From: Antechinus flavipes
Lineage: Eukaryota
NCBI RefSeq assembly: GCF_016432865.1
Contig: NC_067403.1
Location: 169,446,001-169,510,000, forward strand
Direction of reading: 5' to 3'
Length of the DNA: 64,000 nucleotides
The position numbers were made by a program, and so were the translations under genes. The first letter of the stretch is position 1. Each line of letters starts with the position of its first letter. Shown piece by piece: positions 26,864-40,319 of the stretch. The notes beneath the pieces are model-generated. The model worked only from the letters and a program-made list of their open reading frames with translations, did no database searches and had not been told where the DNA came from.

Positions 26864-29800
26864 TTCTTTATTCACTATACAATATTACTCAGTGAATATT
26901 ACGTAGTATTAACAAATATTTCCTGAAAGAAAAAAAAAGTATTTATTGATGATATGTATGCATTATCTACCTACAGCTTACAAAACATAACACATGCATA
27001 TTCTACATTAGATGTTCTTTTGGCTTTTGTGATAGTTCAGCTTGTTTCTGGTCCTTTTTGCTAAAGAAAACATTATCTCTCGACATCTGCCATGTAGACT
27101 AAACAAGGGGGAATCAGCCAGCTTCCATGTTGCTTTGGGGGGAGGAGGGTAAAAAGGGACAAATGTTTGCTGATGCCATCTTGGTTTTGTTTTTATTCAT
27201 GTGTGGGAGGCTCAGCATAAAAGCACCATGTGTCTTGTCTAGAATCAGTAAACAGGCAAACGATGAAAAGAAATGCATGTGGCAGTTCTTTATTGCAAAA
27301 AATAATTGGGAGGGAAAACTCCATTACAATAACCATTCTCCAAAGGAGGAAGGTCTGTCCATCTTTCTGGACACAGAAGGTAGAATCAAACCACTGGTTC
27401 TCTGAAAACTTTTCAGGATTTCTCTATAATCTCGTTAAATATTATTCAGCACATGGTAGAAACAAAATGAGAAGGGTCTATCATGAACCCATTCCAAAAA
27501 GGTTTCATTCTTAAAATAGCCAAAAATAATAGGTTGTCTTGCCTTTTATGTAACACAGAGCATCTTAGACATTTTCCAGGATAAAATAGACTCAATATCT
27601 GTCATAACATGTTGAAATACCAGCTCTCATTTGCTTATCTCACAATCCAAAAGGATAAAGAGACACACCTTTTAATTGTAAAATGGGGGTACAAATACTT
27701 GCAGAACTTACTACCCAATTTATTTTGAGACGCAAGTGATGCCATACCTTATTTATGCTATAATTTGTGGATCATTCAATATTATTTTTATGATCATTAT
27801 TATATGTTATTATTATAGTATCATTATAATTGTAATTATTTGGATACACATAAAAGAGAAGACATTATGGTATTATGAATATAGATTGAGAGAACTCTCC
27901 TTTACCTGTATGCAAAAAAATGCTTACAGGTGATTACAAAAAGCTCAAAATGAAAAATATACTCAATAATTAGAGGATGGTTGAATGATTTGGAGTATAA
28001 GAATGCAACAGAATATTACTTTAAGTAAAGGAATGATAAATATGAAGATTCAGGCAAAATTTGTATGAAGTGATGCCAAGTGAAAAAAACTGAGCCAAAA
28101 AACCTGTATCAGTGTAAATATAGTCCACATGGAAAGATAATAAACTTTGATCACTTACAAAGATCAATATCAGCATGATACTGTTAAGGTTAAACACACA
28201 GCCCTCTTATCTGTTAATAATAGTGAAAATGTTGGGGAATTAATGTATTTTGTAAAAAGGAGTTATTGGTGAAATATCTGCTGTGTCAAAAAAATGCATC
28301 AATATATTTTAAAAAATAAAATAAAAAGAGAACCATCCTTTTGGATGACCATTTTATATAAACAACATATAAATAAATATGACCATTTTATATAAATACT
28401 ATTATAAAATCTTGGGAATGAAAGAATAATTAGGGTGGTTATAAAGGAGATAATGTACAGAACAGATATTGTGAAAGGACAATCAATAGAGGGTGCTTCT
28501 CTTGACTTGCATGCAGGGAGTAAGGAAAAAGGGAAGTGAGTGATGAGACGGTAGCTTTGAGAGTCTATGTGACTAGGAGAATGGTGGGGTACCTAAAAGA
28601 AAATAAGCAATCAAAAGGAGACATTTATTGGAGGCAAATATAATAGAACAGTTAGGATACAGTGGAGAGAATGAAATGAGAAAAACATCTTCCTGTTTAA
28701 ATTCAGACTCAGACATTTTTCAGCTATATGACTCTGAACAAATTATTTAATGCTATTTGCCTCAATTTTCTTATCTGTCAAATGAGCTGGAGAGGGAAAT
28801 GGCCAACTACTTTAGTCACAAAGAGATCACAAAGCATCAGACACAACTATATAACAATAATAATGGATTTAGTTTTGGCCATAATGAAATTGAAATGATT
28901 ACAGATTACAGTGGAAGATATATATATGTATATACATATACATATATATACATATATATATATTTCTGACAAATGGAAATTTGGATATAGTGTTTGTAAA
29001 AAAAAAAAAAAAGAAAAAGAAAAAGAAGACAGGACTACAGAGAGAGATCTGCAGGAATAGGTAGGTGAAGTCATGAAATTAGATGAGATTTCAAAAGGAG
29101 AGCACATAGAATAAGAGAGGAAAGAGAAATACAAGGGCCTTAGGATAAATCTATATTTAATGCTTGGAATATGAAAAAGAAAAAAAGGAGCCATTGAAAA
29201 GGAGATGCCAGAAAGATAGGAAGAGAATGAAGTGCCTCTGAAAGCAAGGGAGTCAGTAGGGTCAGATTTACTAGATAGTGGATAAGAAGGATGACGACAG
29301 AGAAAAGGTCTTGGGATTTGATGATTCAAAAGACCAATTTTAGTCAAATGGTGAATAACAAAAATTCCTGATATTTGAAAATGAAGGGAGGCAAAATATC
29401 ATTACTTCAAGGGATAGCCAAAGCAAAAGAAGGATTGAATTTGGTTTTGGAATAGAGAAGACCTGAACATATTGTTTTAATCAGAAAGCATCAACAGAGA
29501 AGGAGAGATTAAGAAGAAAGTGTGGAACAGTGAGAAAGGGAGCTGGCAGAACATAAAATTTAAAGACCTTTGACAAATCATTTAATCTTATCTATAAAAT
29601 GATGGTGTTGGGCTAGATGACTTTCATATTCATTTCCAAATTAGTGATCCTATGATTGTACACAAAAAGTAATGAGGGATGGGGAAAAAGAAGAAAAGAC
29701 CTAAAGAAAGCAGGCAGGAAGCAGACCATTTTGATTAGAGTAAAAGAGTTTGTAAAGGAAAATTATAGGAAACAGGACTGGAAAAGTAAAGAAACTCATA

Positions 29801-32800
29801 AAAAGGAAACCCTAAGGATGTAACTTCAAGGACTTTAACATGGACCAGAAGAGGTTTTAAATAGCAAGATCTTTCTGTGCCCATCAAATCACATCCTACA
29901 GGTTACTTCTTATTCTACTTATCCATGAGGCTGACATAGCATATGTCATCTTGCTCTCAAATGTGGATTTCCCACCAAAGTTTCATGTAGAAAAAGAAAT
30001 ACTTAGAGGTGAAGGCAGACTGGTTTTATAATAGAAAACATTTTTGAGAACTGTCAAGATGATAAATTCCTTGTGCTCAATCATTCCTCTCTCTTTATCT
30101 ATTTCATTCTTGCCTAATTTAGTGGGACTCCTTTGGTCCCCTAAGGATAGCTTCATGACTCATTTTATGACTCTGTGGAGGTATTAAGGTACCTGCTTGA
30201 GATCCACTGTAATATCCTTAGGGGTAGGGATGGGATCTGGAAACCAGAGTTGGAAAATCACTGCAGGGGGGCTCTGGTGCTTAAGTTTTTTGCATGCAAT
30301 TTGAAAAGAATTTCATCCCTCAAAGATAGAGATTGTTAACCTTAAGACCCCTTGAGGTTTATTGATTAAGTTCAGGGAGTCTGTGAACTTGGATAGGAAA
30401 AGAATCACATGCTTATTTTCATTAACAAATAATTAAAATCTAGCCTTTACTTCAAGATTTTATGTTATTTTTTTTTAATGAAGCTATATAAAGCTTGTGG
30501 ATTAAACAGAATACATTTCCAAATTTAAAAGCAAAAATCCCCCAAATAAAATGCAATAATACAAAACAATAATATAAGTGACATCATTATTCTAAGAAGG
30601 AGACCATGGAAATTGGCCCAAGACCCCCCTCCCAAAAAAAAAAGCTAAGAATGCTTGCTGGACACAGCAAGCTCTTGAACACAAATTTAACTTTCACACA
30701 GATGCACTTTAGCATCAAAAATACAGTTGGTAAATTTAGGAACTGAGAACAAAAAGAATCAGATCTCCATAAACTCCACATTTGGTTAATAACTATCAGT
30801 CGCCAGGGACAGCTGATACGTTCCACAGTGAAAGAAAAAGGCTGTGCTCATTTCTATTAAATGCACTGATGCTAATAAGTATGAAAACAGCAAAATTTGA
30901 ATTGAGTGGAGTTTAGCAGGTTGATTTTCAGGCCATAAAGATCAGGGGATTTTAATAATTTTTGATAATCAAGTAGGAAAAAAATCAGAAAGAATAAAAG
31001 ACTTCTAAACTCCTTTCCCTCCTGTTCCCTCCCCCAAAAGAGTTTACTCATTTGAGCTATTTTCTTTATCTCTGGCAAATTAAGCATTATCTTTGTAGGA
31101 TCTGCTTTTGCAAGTCCTAATTTCTTTAATGATTAGTCTGGGATTGTTCCCATGGTACATGGTTTACAATTACCAAAAAAAAAAGTCAGGGTAACAAGGG
31201 TTATTAAACCTGTGCTTTTTCATCCCGTTAGCTCCAGTTGCCATAGTTTCCTTGTACATAGATCCCCAAGAGCCAAAGCCTTGGACAATTTATTTCTTAT
31301 ATCCAAAGGAATTAGCAGATTTTACTTTGATGCTAATTCATAAAGGAAAAAGGAAGATTTAAAGGCAATGTTAGTTTTTTTAAAGGAAAAAAAAAACATG
31401 CTATTATTTGATATATTTTTTGCTTTGTTTCTTAACTGTTCAGTCTTGTTTAATATATTAAAATCTTGTATTCTATTCTAAAACCAATTGTACTGAAGTA
31501 GCATTTAAAATGAGTCATTGGTAGTAGAATTCCAATCACTCAGAGAAAATTAGGTTGCATAGTAGATAGAGTACTGGGCCTGCAGTCAAGAAGATCTGAG
31601 TTCAAATCTATCTCTAATACTCACAAAATAAATGCTTAATAAGTGCTTGTTTCCCTCCTTCCTAGAGTTCTTCTCTGATGCTTTCATTTAAGGAGCTTTC
31701 AACCTGGTATTTAAAGGTTCCACACTATAACTGTCACCTTTTTTTCTAGTCTTATTTTATATTACTCTCCATTCATATCATCATCATTCTAATTATTGTC
31801 TCCCCAGCAACAATATTTTTATTTTCTCCATTCATGCCCTTGTGCAGTTGGTATCCCCATGTTTTCATTGCAAGCTTCTTCATTTCTACATTATAGAATT
31901 CCTAGTTTCCTTCAGGGCTCAAGGTAAGTACCATCTTCCAACATTTGACTTTTCCTCATCCCTCCCCTTTCTCTCCTTCCCTCTGCGAACTGTTTCATAT
32001 GTATGAATATTGTTCCATTCCCTTTCCCCAACCTTGCCAGGAGAATGTAATTTTATTAAGGACATATACTGTTTTCTTGTATCCTCTGGCACCAAACACA
32101 ACAGCTTGAATGTACCAGGGGCTATGTACATGTTTACTGAGTTCAATTTAAAGATGACAGGAATTCTAAAATAGAACAGACTACCTTGAATAATCAGCTG
32201 GCTGTCACCACAGAATATATTTTGCTAAAGATCTCTTTTGATGCCTCAGATTACTTATCATTGTTTTTTTTTTCAGTTTATGTGTTTTGTTTTAATACAA
32301 ATGACACTAAATTTACAAAGAAAAGACATTTCCTTTAAATAATTAAGCAGGGCAACATAAAAAGATATTATGTCTTGTTAGACATGTGTACTTACACATT
32401 TGTGCTATACTGTTTGCTAAAAGGAAGGTAGAATATACATTTTAATCTTAATAAATGAATGCTAGTTTATTATATATCAGTGTTTCCAGATTTCTTTGTG
32501 TAATAGTGTATTTGCTCTTCTTTGCCTCCACCTTGGTATGTGGGCACATTCTTCTCCCAGTAGGTTTGAACCACTCTGGAGTCACTACCCTTCATTTTAC
32601 CTCTTCTGAGAAGTGGATCAAGACATCTGAACAATGGAATGACCATCACAGCAAAATCCTGTCCCTATCTGCAAGTCATATTATTTAAGCATGAAGGGAA
32701 AAAAGGATTGAATTTATTAATTTTCCCCCTGATTTGTAAAGTTTACCAAATATAACAATAAAAAAGGTTGTCTCTCATATCCAACTTGGGCCTAGAACAA

Positions 32801-33386
32801 TTAATTTTTTCCCTGACAATGAAGACAGAGGCCACATTATCTGTCCCCTTTCTTCACTTCTATAGATCTTTCCCAGCTAATGTTCCCTTCTCTTTAGATC
32901 CTTTTCAAAATAATGACGTAAATAGAGTAAAAGCAGCTGTGAACAATTAAATTTTATCTAAGTTAACATTAGTACTAAATAAATAGAAGTATAAACCAAC
33001 TTTAATGAACAGACAAACTTTACACTTAATATAATCCCTACAAGACAATTTGTGCCATGGAAGAAGCGCGCATTTAGGGTTAGTCTCTCAAAAGGATGGT
33101 TCAAGAGTGTTTCTCCTTTGCAGGCACTCTTAGGCAAGCTGCCCCATTGTCCATGAAGAGAAGAAGCAGCAGTTGACACCCTTAATGCATCACTCCAAGT
33201 TTTTTGTCTCTTGCTGCAGATTCTGTTCCATCTCCCAAATCTCAACACCAGAGTAAAATTGAATGTTTACACCACTGCAAAGGATTCTGTCCAGTCCTCC
33301 ATTACTTTTCTTTTTTCTTGTAGCCTACCTGCTTTTAGTCCTTGAGGATGAGAGGAACACAATCTATTTCTTTAAGACTTACAGTC

Positions 33387-34232
33387 CTACACACCTGTCA
33401 GATTGGCTAAGATGACAGGAAAAAATAATGATGAATGTTAGAGGGGATGCGGGAAAACTGGGACACTAATGCATTGTTGGTGGAGTTGTGAACGAATCCA
33501 ACCATTCTGGAGAGCAATCTGGAATTATGCCCAAAAAATTATCAAATTGTGCATACCATTTGATCCAGCAGTGTTTCTATTGGGCTTATATCCCAAAGAA
33601 ATACTAAAGAAGGGAAAGGGACCTGTATGTGCCAAAATGTTTGTAGCAGCCCTGTTTGTAGTGGCTAGAAACTGGAAAATGAATGGATGCCCATCAATTG
33701 GAGAATGGCTGAGTAAATTGTGGTATATGAATGTTATGGAATATTATTGTTCTGTAAGAAATGACCAGCAGGATGAATACAGAGAGGACTGGCGAGACTT
33801 ACATGAACTGATGCTAAGTGAAATGAGCAGAACCAGAAGATCATTATACACTTCGACAACGATATTGTATGAGGACATATTTTGATGGAAGTGGATTTCT
33901 TTGACAAAGAGACCTGAGTTTCAATTGATAAATGACGGACAAAAGCAGCTACACCCAAAGAAAGAACACTGGGAAACGAATGTAAACTATCTGCATTTTT
34001 GTTTTTCTTCCCGGGTTATTTATACCTTCTGAATCCAATTCTCCCTAAGCAACAAGAGAACTGTTCGGTTCTGCAAACATATATTGTATCTAGGATATAT
34101 TGCAACATATCCAACATATAAAGGACTGCTTGCCATCTAGGGGAGGGGGTGGAGGGAGGGAGGGGAAAAAAAATCGGAACAGAAACGAGTGTCAATATAA
34201 AGTAATTATTAAATAAAAAATTAAAAAAAAAA
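33387..34232 (+). mobile_element. Young 5'-truncated L1: ORF2 C-terminus, 3'UTR and A-tail
   Basis: ORF 33469-33885 is L1 ORF2-like (HCWWSC...WNYAQ...IPFDPA...). Perfect 13-bp TSD AAGACTTACAGTC (33374-33386, 34233-34245) at a TTT/AA-type site. About ten CpGs retained. Confidence 0.95.
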
Positions 34233-34899
34233 AAGACTTACAGTCATTTACTTTCTATAAACCACAACAAGCTAAAGACCTTCATTCCATTGCATGGATT
34301 TCTCCTTTGAAAAGAGAATTTGTTCTTTATAACACATTCAACCATTTCCCCAATCACTGAGTACAACTTTTTGCTACTAAAAACAATGTGACTATGAATA
34401 TTTGAGGTACCTATAACATTTCTTTCTGTCAACATTCTTGAGGTATAAAACTATTAGTAGGATCTATGTGTAAAAGGGTATGAATAATTCTAGAAAATTT
34501 TTTGCATAATTTTAAGTTGATTTGCAAAATGATCTAAGCCATTCACAGTTTTCCTAGCAATAAAAACATGCCTGCTTTCCTATATTTATTCCATAATTGA
34601 ATTTTTGCATTATTTTGTCATCTTTTGCCAAATTGTTAGAGATAAGGTGAAACCTTAAAGTTGTTTTAAATGATCCTAAGCCTGGAGTATTCCCACCATC
34701 CATTTCCTAAGCTCACATTCACATGTAGCTTAAGGTAGTTTTTAAAAACACCAATATTTATGTATATAATGATTGAATTCACTACAAATTTATGTTACTC
34801 AATCTAAAGTAGTCATTCACTATGTTAAGGGAATTCTTTGACTTTAAATTCATTCTCTATTCCATTTTCCATAGTTATTGTTTCAAAATTTGTCACCTA

Positions 34900-35740
34900 C
34901 AACTACACTCTTTTCTGCCACCTTCTCAGCAGAGGTACTCCCTCATATTTTAGTCCAAATTTTGATGCTATTTGGTAAGGACCCCTCTTCTCCTCTCCCA
35001 TTTATCCAAGAATATCTTTCCTCTTCTCACAATTGATACCATCTTTTTGCTCTTATCTCAATAAGAGAGATGACCCTTCTTTTCTCTTGGGCAACTACTC
35101 TATGTACCCTTGTTCCTATCCTCTCTGTGTTCTCTATAAGATTAGCCATTATTCTCTTTCTCTAATCTCCAATCTCTCACTTTTTACCAGTTTCTTCCTT
35201 ACTACCTGTAGCATCACTATATATGGCTCAAGTTTCTCCCATCTACTTGATAGTAGAAGTCATTTCCTGGAGAAGATGGAAGGAAATAACATCCGGGATG
35301 CATATAAATAAAGCATCTGACCCTGCTGAGAAGGGACACTTCTTTATTTGTTGATCACCTGTTTCATGTCCACTATCTATGGTTATACCCCAAGATCCTA
35401 TCTGGGCCTCTTTAGCTTTTCTCTCTTCAGTTTCTCTTTTGGTGGATTTAATGTTTATCTTTATGCAAATGAATCTAAAATTTTAGCCTTGCTCCTGAGC
35501 TTCCATCCTTCATCTGCAACTGCCAATTGGATATTTTAAAATGCATGTTCCTGAGGCATCTCAAACTCAAAACATCCAAAAGAGAATTCATTATCTTTCA
35601 TTCAAAACTCAACTCTCTTCCAAAGTTACTTATTTTTATTGAGGATATAATCATTCTTCTAGCCACCCAGAATCACAATGGTGGTATCATGCTTTATCCC
35701 TCACTCTTATTTATGATTTATATTCCATCATATGACAAAT
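34900..35740 (+). mobile_element. L2 LINE fragments
   Basis: Pyrimidine-rich L2-like text (caattggatattttaaaatgcatgttcctgaggcatctcaaactcaaaacatccaaa). Boundaries approximate. Confidence 0.65.
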
Positions 35741-36249
35741 AAGCAGACAAATAAGTAAACAAACAAACAAGAAGTTTGAGGAGTCCACAGTTTCCATAAA
35801 CAGAAGTAAAACATAAAGAAATATGTGAGAAGGATGGAACTTTACCACTGATGATTCATTTTAGGTATTTATTGGAAGAGTGATAATTTCTTAATGACAT
35901 AGCATCCTTAGAAAAATATTGATATTAAAAAATGTGGGTATTATTTTGAAAAAGAAGTTTATAGGACCAATATAACAGAGGGAATTAAGTAGGGCACAAG
36001 CATATTTGAAAGGTTCTACTAGATCTTAAGAAAAAAATAATAGCATCTAACTGTCTAATTTTAGCTTTTCAAAAGTCATGTGGAGCAGAGACCAAAGCCA
36101 ATAAAAGGTAATGGGAAGACATTGAGACAGCTTTCAGATCTAGCAAGTGGAGGATATGCCATCAAAGGGGAAGAAGGAATAAGTCAATGTGTGAGTGAAA
36201 GGGGAATATAAAAGAAAAAGACTAAAATTACCAAAGATCTCAGAATAAC

Positions 36250-36870
36250 CTCAGTTTAAAAATCTTGAATATAAGCAGAAAATTCAATGGTGAAGATATT
36301 AATAACAGAGGAGAAAATGGCTTCCAGGACAGTTAAATGAGTCCTAGCATTTCTGAATAAACATTGCAAGAAAAAAGGGGAATGAATCAATATCTGATGA
36401 GATAGAGGACCCTGTGGATTTCCAAAACACCATAAGATGGCAGCAGGATATATCAAAATGGCTTAACAGAGAACAAGTATGGGAAACAGATTTTTAGCCT
36501 TTTTGTTCAACCAAAATAATTGGCAGAATAGAAAAATTAGAATCTCTGGTGGCATGTTTCACAAAAGAATAAAAATAGAAATAACTGATTGGGAATGCAA
36601 ATACATATAAGTTAAGGATAATCTGGAAGAAGAAAAGCAAAAATCAATAACATTTAAATAAAATAATCTCCATCCAAGAAAAGCATATTGACCTTGAAGA
36701 GAGAATTGGTAGAGACAACTTAAGGATCATAGATCCCCAAGGAAAATATAGGGTGTTTTTTTTTTTAAATACAGTAACCATAATGCAAGAAATAATACAA
36801 CAAAACTACATAGAACTTCTGAACATAGAAAATAAATGCCAATCAAAAAAATCCACACATACTTCCAGAA
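36250..36870 (+). mobile_element. Old L1/HAL1 ORF1 remnant
   Basis: Translates to KHIDLEERIGRDNLRIID, similar to the L1 ORF1 DLENRSRRDNLRIIG motif. Confidence 0.65.
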
Positions 36871-37034
36871 AGGAGACAGGCATATGGTGGTAGCAGATAA
36901 TTAGAAAGAAAGTAAGTATTCATTGATGGTTGAATGGATAAACAATTTTTGAGACATGGATGTAATAAAATATTACTGAACTTTAAGAAGTGAAAAAATG
37001 TAATAAATGTAGAGAAGCATGGAAATATCTATAT

Positions 37035-37179
37035 NNNNNNNNNNNNNNNNNNNNNNNNNNNNNNNNNNNNNNNNNNNNNNNNNNNNNNNNNNNNNNNNNN
37101 NNNNNNNNNNNNNNNNNNNNNNNNNNNNNNNNNNNNNNNNNNNNNNNNNNNNNNNNNNNNNNNNNNNNNNNNNNNNNNN
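37035..37179. other. Assembly gap (145 N)
   Basis: Run of N. Confidence 1.
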
Positions 37180-37240
37180 AGGAGAAAAAAGGAAGAGGAA
37201 GAGGAGGAAGAGGAAGAGGAGGAAGAGGAGGAGGAGGAGA
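37180..37240. repeat. (GGA/GAA)n purine repeat abutting an assembly gap
   Basis: Read directly. Confidence 0.9.
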
Positions 37241-39691
37241 AAAACTATTGACTTGACTTTATCATACTAATTGTCTTCCAAATGTTGAACCATCTTTGCA
37301 TCTCAGGTATAAATGTAATTTACCTATAATGAATTTAGGGAGGGAAGGGCAGGGTACTGGGGCTGATTAAATTAATCTTTAGATGCCATCTCATGAAACG
37401 AGTTCAGAGTTGTCACGCCCAGTTCCCATAGAAGCTTTGGAATCTATTTCTTACCATTTGACTCAAGGCTAAAAGTCTTAGATTGTCCCAGGTCACATTT
37501 GAACTCAGGTACTCCTGATTCAGATTCTATTTTTTAACCACAGTCCCAAAGCCAGAGAAATCTAAGTTCACGTGTGATTCAGGGCAAGTCATTTTACCTT
37601 TTTGTTTGACAGTTTCTTCATCTATAAAAAAGGGAATATAATAGCACCCATCTCATAGGGTTGGTGTGAGGATTAAATGAGATAATTATTATAAAGCACA
37701 AAGTAAGTGCCTGGTATATAGCACACACTATCTAAATATATGTGTGTGTTAGTCTGTATGTCTGTGTGTATGTGTATATATGTTAGTTATTATTTTATTA
37801 ATGAGAATAATCATAGCACTTACATTCCAAGGTTGTCAAATGAGATAATACATGTAAAATGCTTTTCTAATCTTAAAGCCTGGTATACATTATGCCTAGC
37901 ACTAGCCACAGAGCTTTGCACACAGTAAGTGTTTAATAAACATTTGTTTAAATAAATTGCTGAATTTTCCCCTAGAGAGTGAGTGCCTTAAGGGCACAGC
38001 TCATGCCTCATTCAATTTCTATATTGGTTAACAGGACCTGGACCAGTGGTGAGTGCACAGCATATGCTCAACAAATTCCTTTGGTCCATTAATTTATAAC
38101 TTTCACCTGAATTTCTTATAAGAATCATCAGCCATAAAAGACCTCAGTCTTCCATTAAAGGGAACGAGAGTTTAAAATGAAGAAGACATTTAGAATTGAC
38201 TTTTTTCCATTAACTAACTGATCTTAGACTGTTAGTGGGCTGTTCTAATAGGTCTTCATCTGGAAAGGGAGGATTTATACCATATAGGTTTATTTTGAGA
38301 ATTTAATGAAATTACCTATATTAATAATAATGGAATACTGAAAGTATATTAATGGGAGGGGCAGCTAAGTGGTGCAGTGAATAGAGCATCAGGTGTAGAG
38401 TCAGAAAGACCTGAGTTCAAATCCAGCTTCACTTAAATACTATGTGCCTCAGTTTCCCCATCTATAAAATGTTCCAGAGAAGGAAATGCCAAACTGTTTC
38501 AGTATCATCACCAAGAAAACCCCAAGTAAGATCATGAAGAGTCAGACACTGTTATATAACACTTTGGGGGGAGGGGGAAGGGGAGAACATAAAATACTAT
38601 TATATAAATTATTGTTTTCATGATTACTCTTGACTTTCTAGAAAATCTAACTGATCCAGAAACCTTCAAGAAGAAGGTGAAAAATTATCTTCATGGAATG
38701 AAATCAGCAGCCTGGGAGAAGGATTCTTAGGAGTGATTAACAGTCTTGCCACTTCATGAGATGTCAGTAAAATGCTTCAGGCTACTCTGTTCGAGGTGTT
38801 ACTGGAATATGTGAGAAATTATATAGCTGTTATTTTGCAGAGATGATAAATACAATGCTAAATCAAAACACATTTATTAAAAACAGACTATACCCTAGCA
38901 GATTGTGTTCTCTAAGACTCTGGTACAGTGCATTTATAAATATCAGCTCAATTCCCTAACTCCTGGGTTGATTGTTCCGACGCCAATAATCATGGAATAC
39001 TGAAATTAAAAGGAATATTAGAGGTGATTGTTTCCATCCGCGCAGTTTCAGGTGAAGAACTTTGACCAAGAGAGGTAAAATATCTACCCTCCAAGTCAGT
39101 CATCCAGGGAGAAAGCAGCCAAGCCAGGCTGTGCTTCTCGGGACTGTTTCCATTATGCCATATGTTTCCTTTTCAGGGGCTTTTACAGGATAGGACTCTT
39201 TTCCCTTTGCACCTATAGAGGATTAATGGAACTAAGGATTCCTAAGATCTGTGTCTAGGTGGCAGATGTCAAGCCCATCATGACAGAAAAGCAGACACCA
39301 ACTAGCCTACGCCAAATGCTTATCTTTAAAAATAGTCCCTGTGTTTTGCGCGATTTCACAGGGATAATGGGTATCATATTGCTTGCCTTCTCAGTGGAGG
39401 AAGGAGGGGCTGGAGAAAGAATTTGGAACACAAATTTTTTTAAAATGAGTGTTAAAAAAAGAAAACAATAATCCTAAAAGATTGAAAAATTTTTTAAAAT
39501 AATCCTTGTGTTATTTTCAACTTTAAAGTGCAAGTTTCATATCCATATGTTCTAACAACGATTCTCCCGCTGTTTCTTCTGTCTCCTTTAGGAATAACTG
39601 TGACTGGGTGATACTTGAGGGTGCTTCAGGTAATGCTTGATTTCTCACTTTCTCATGACATCATCGAGGCTAGCACAAGCAAGTTGAAAGC

Positions 39692-39705
39692 CCGCTCGGG
39701 GGCAG
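39692..39705 (+). promoter_or_regulatory. Candidate CTCF site with retained CpGs
   Basis: CCGCTCGGGGGCAG matches CCGCGNGGNGGCAG with one mismatch. Confidence 0.4.
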
Positions 39706-40319
39706 CTTATCTGAGCGGCCATTTATTTGGATTTAGGAGCAGGAGCCCCTACAAGAGCATTGTCTAAGAGATAATGGAAAAACCTGCTTTATGAGATTAT
39801 GGGATCCAAAGGGGTATCTGTTTTAGACAAGAGAACCAAAAGCCAGCCTTATGATATCACCGAGAAATCAAAAGGCTTATGCTGCTCAACATAAACAGTT
39901 TTATCAAGCTTCCCACTTGCAGAGCATTCTACTCCTGGATGCTTTCCTTACCAAGCCACTTGAGGTCCACATCTTTGCTGGAAAATTCCGCTATTTTGGC
40001 CATTATCCCATGTAGTGATGATACATTCTCTCATGTATCATATGGTGATGATTCATTCTCTTTAAATCAATATACACAATATCACATGTCTACATGATCC
40101 CAGAATCCTTGAGTAATACTGTTAAAAAAAAATTCAGTGATTTAGATAAATGATGATGGGGGGAGGGTCATCTAAATAATTCAAAAGTACAGAAATATAG
40201 AACTTAAAAAATAAATAATTCCTTTAAATTACATACTGTATCTATGTTGCCTAGTAGAGATATTCAGGAGGCCTGTTTTAATGAATAAATATATTTCATT
40301 GCTTTAATGAATTAATGCA

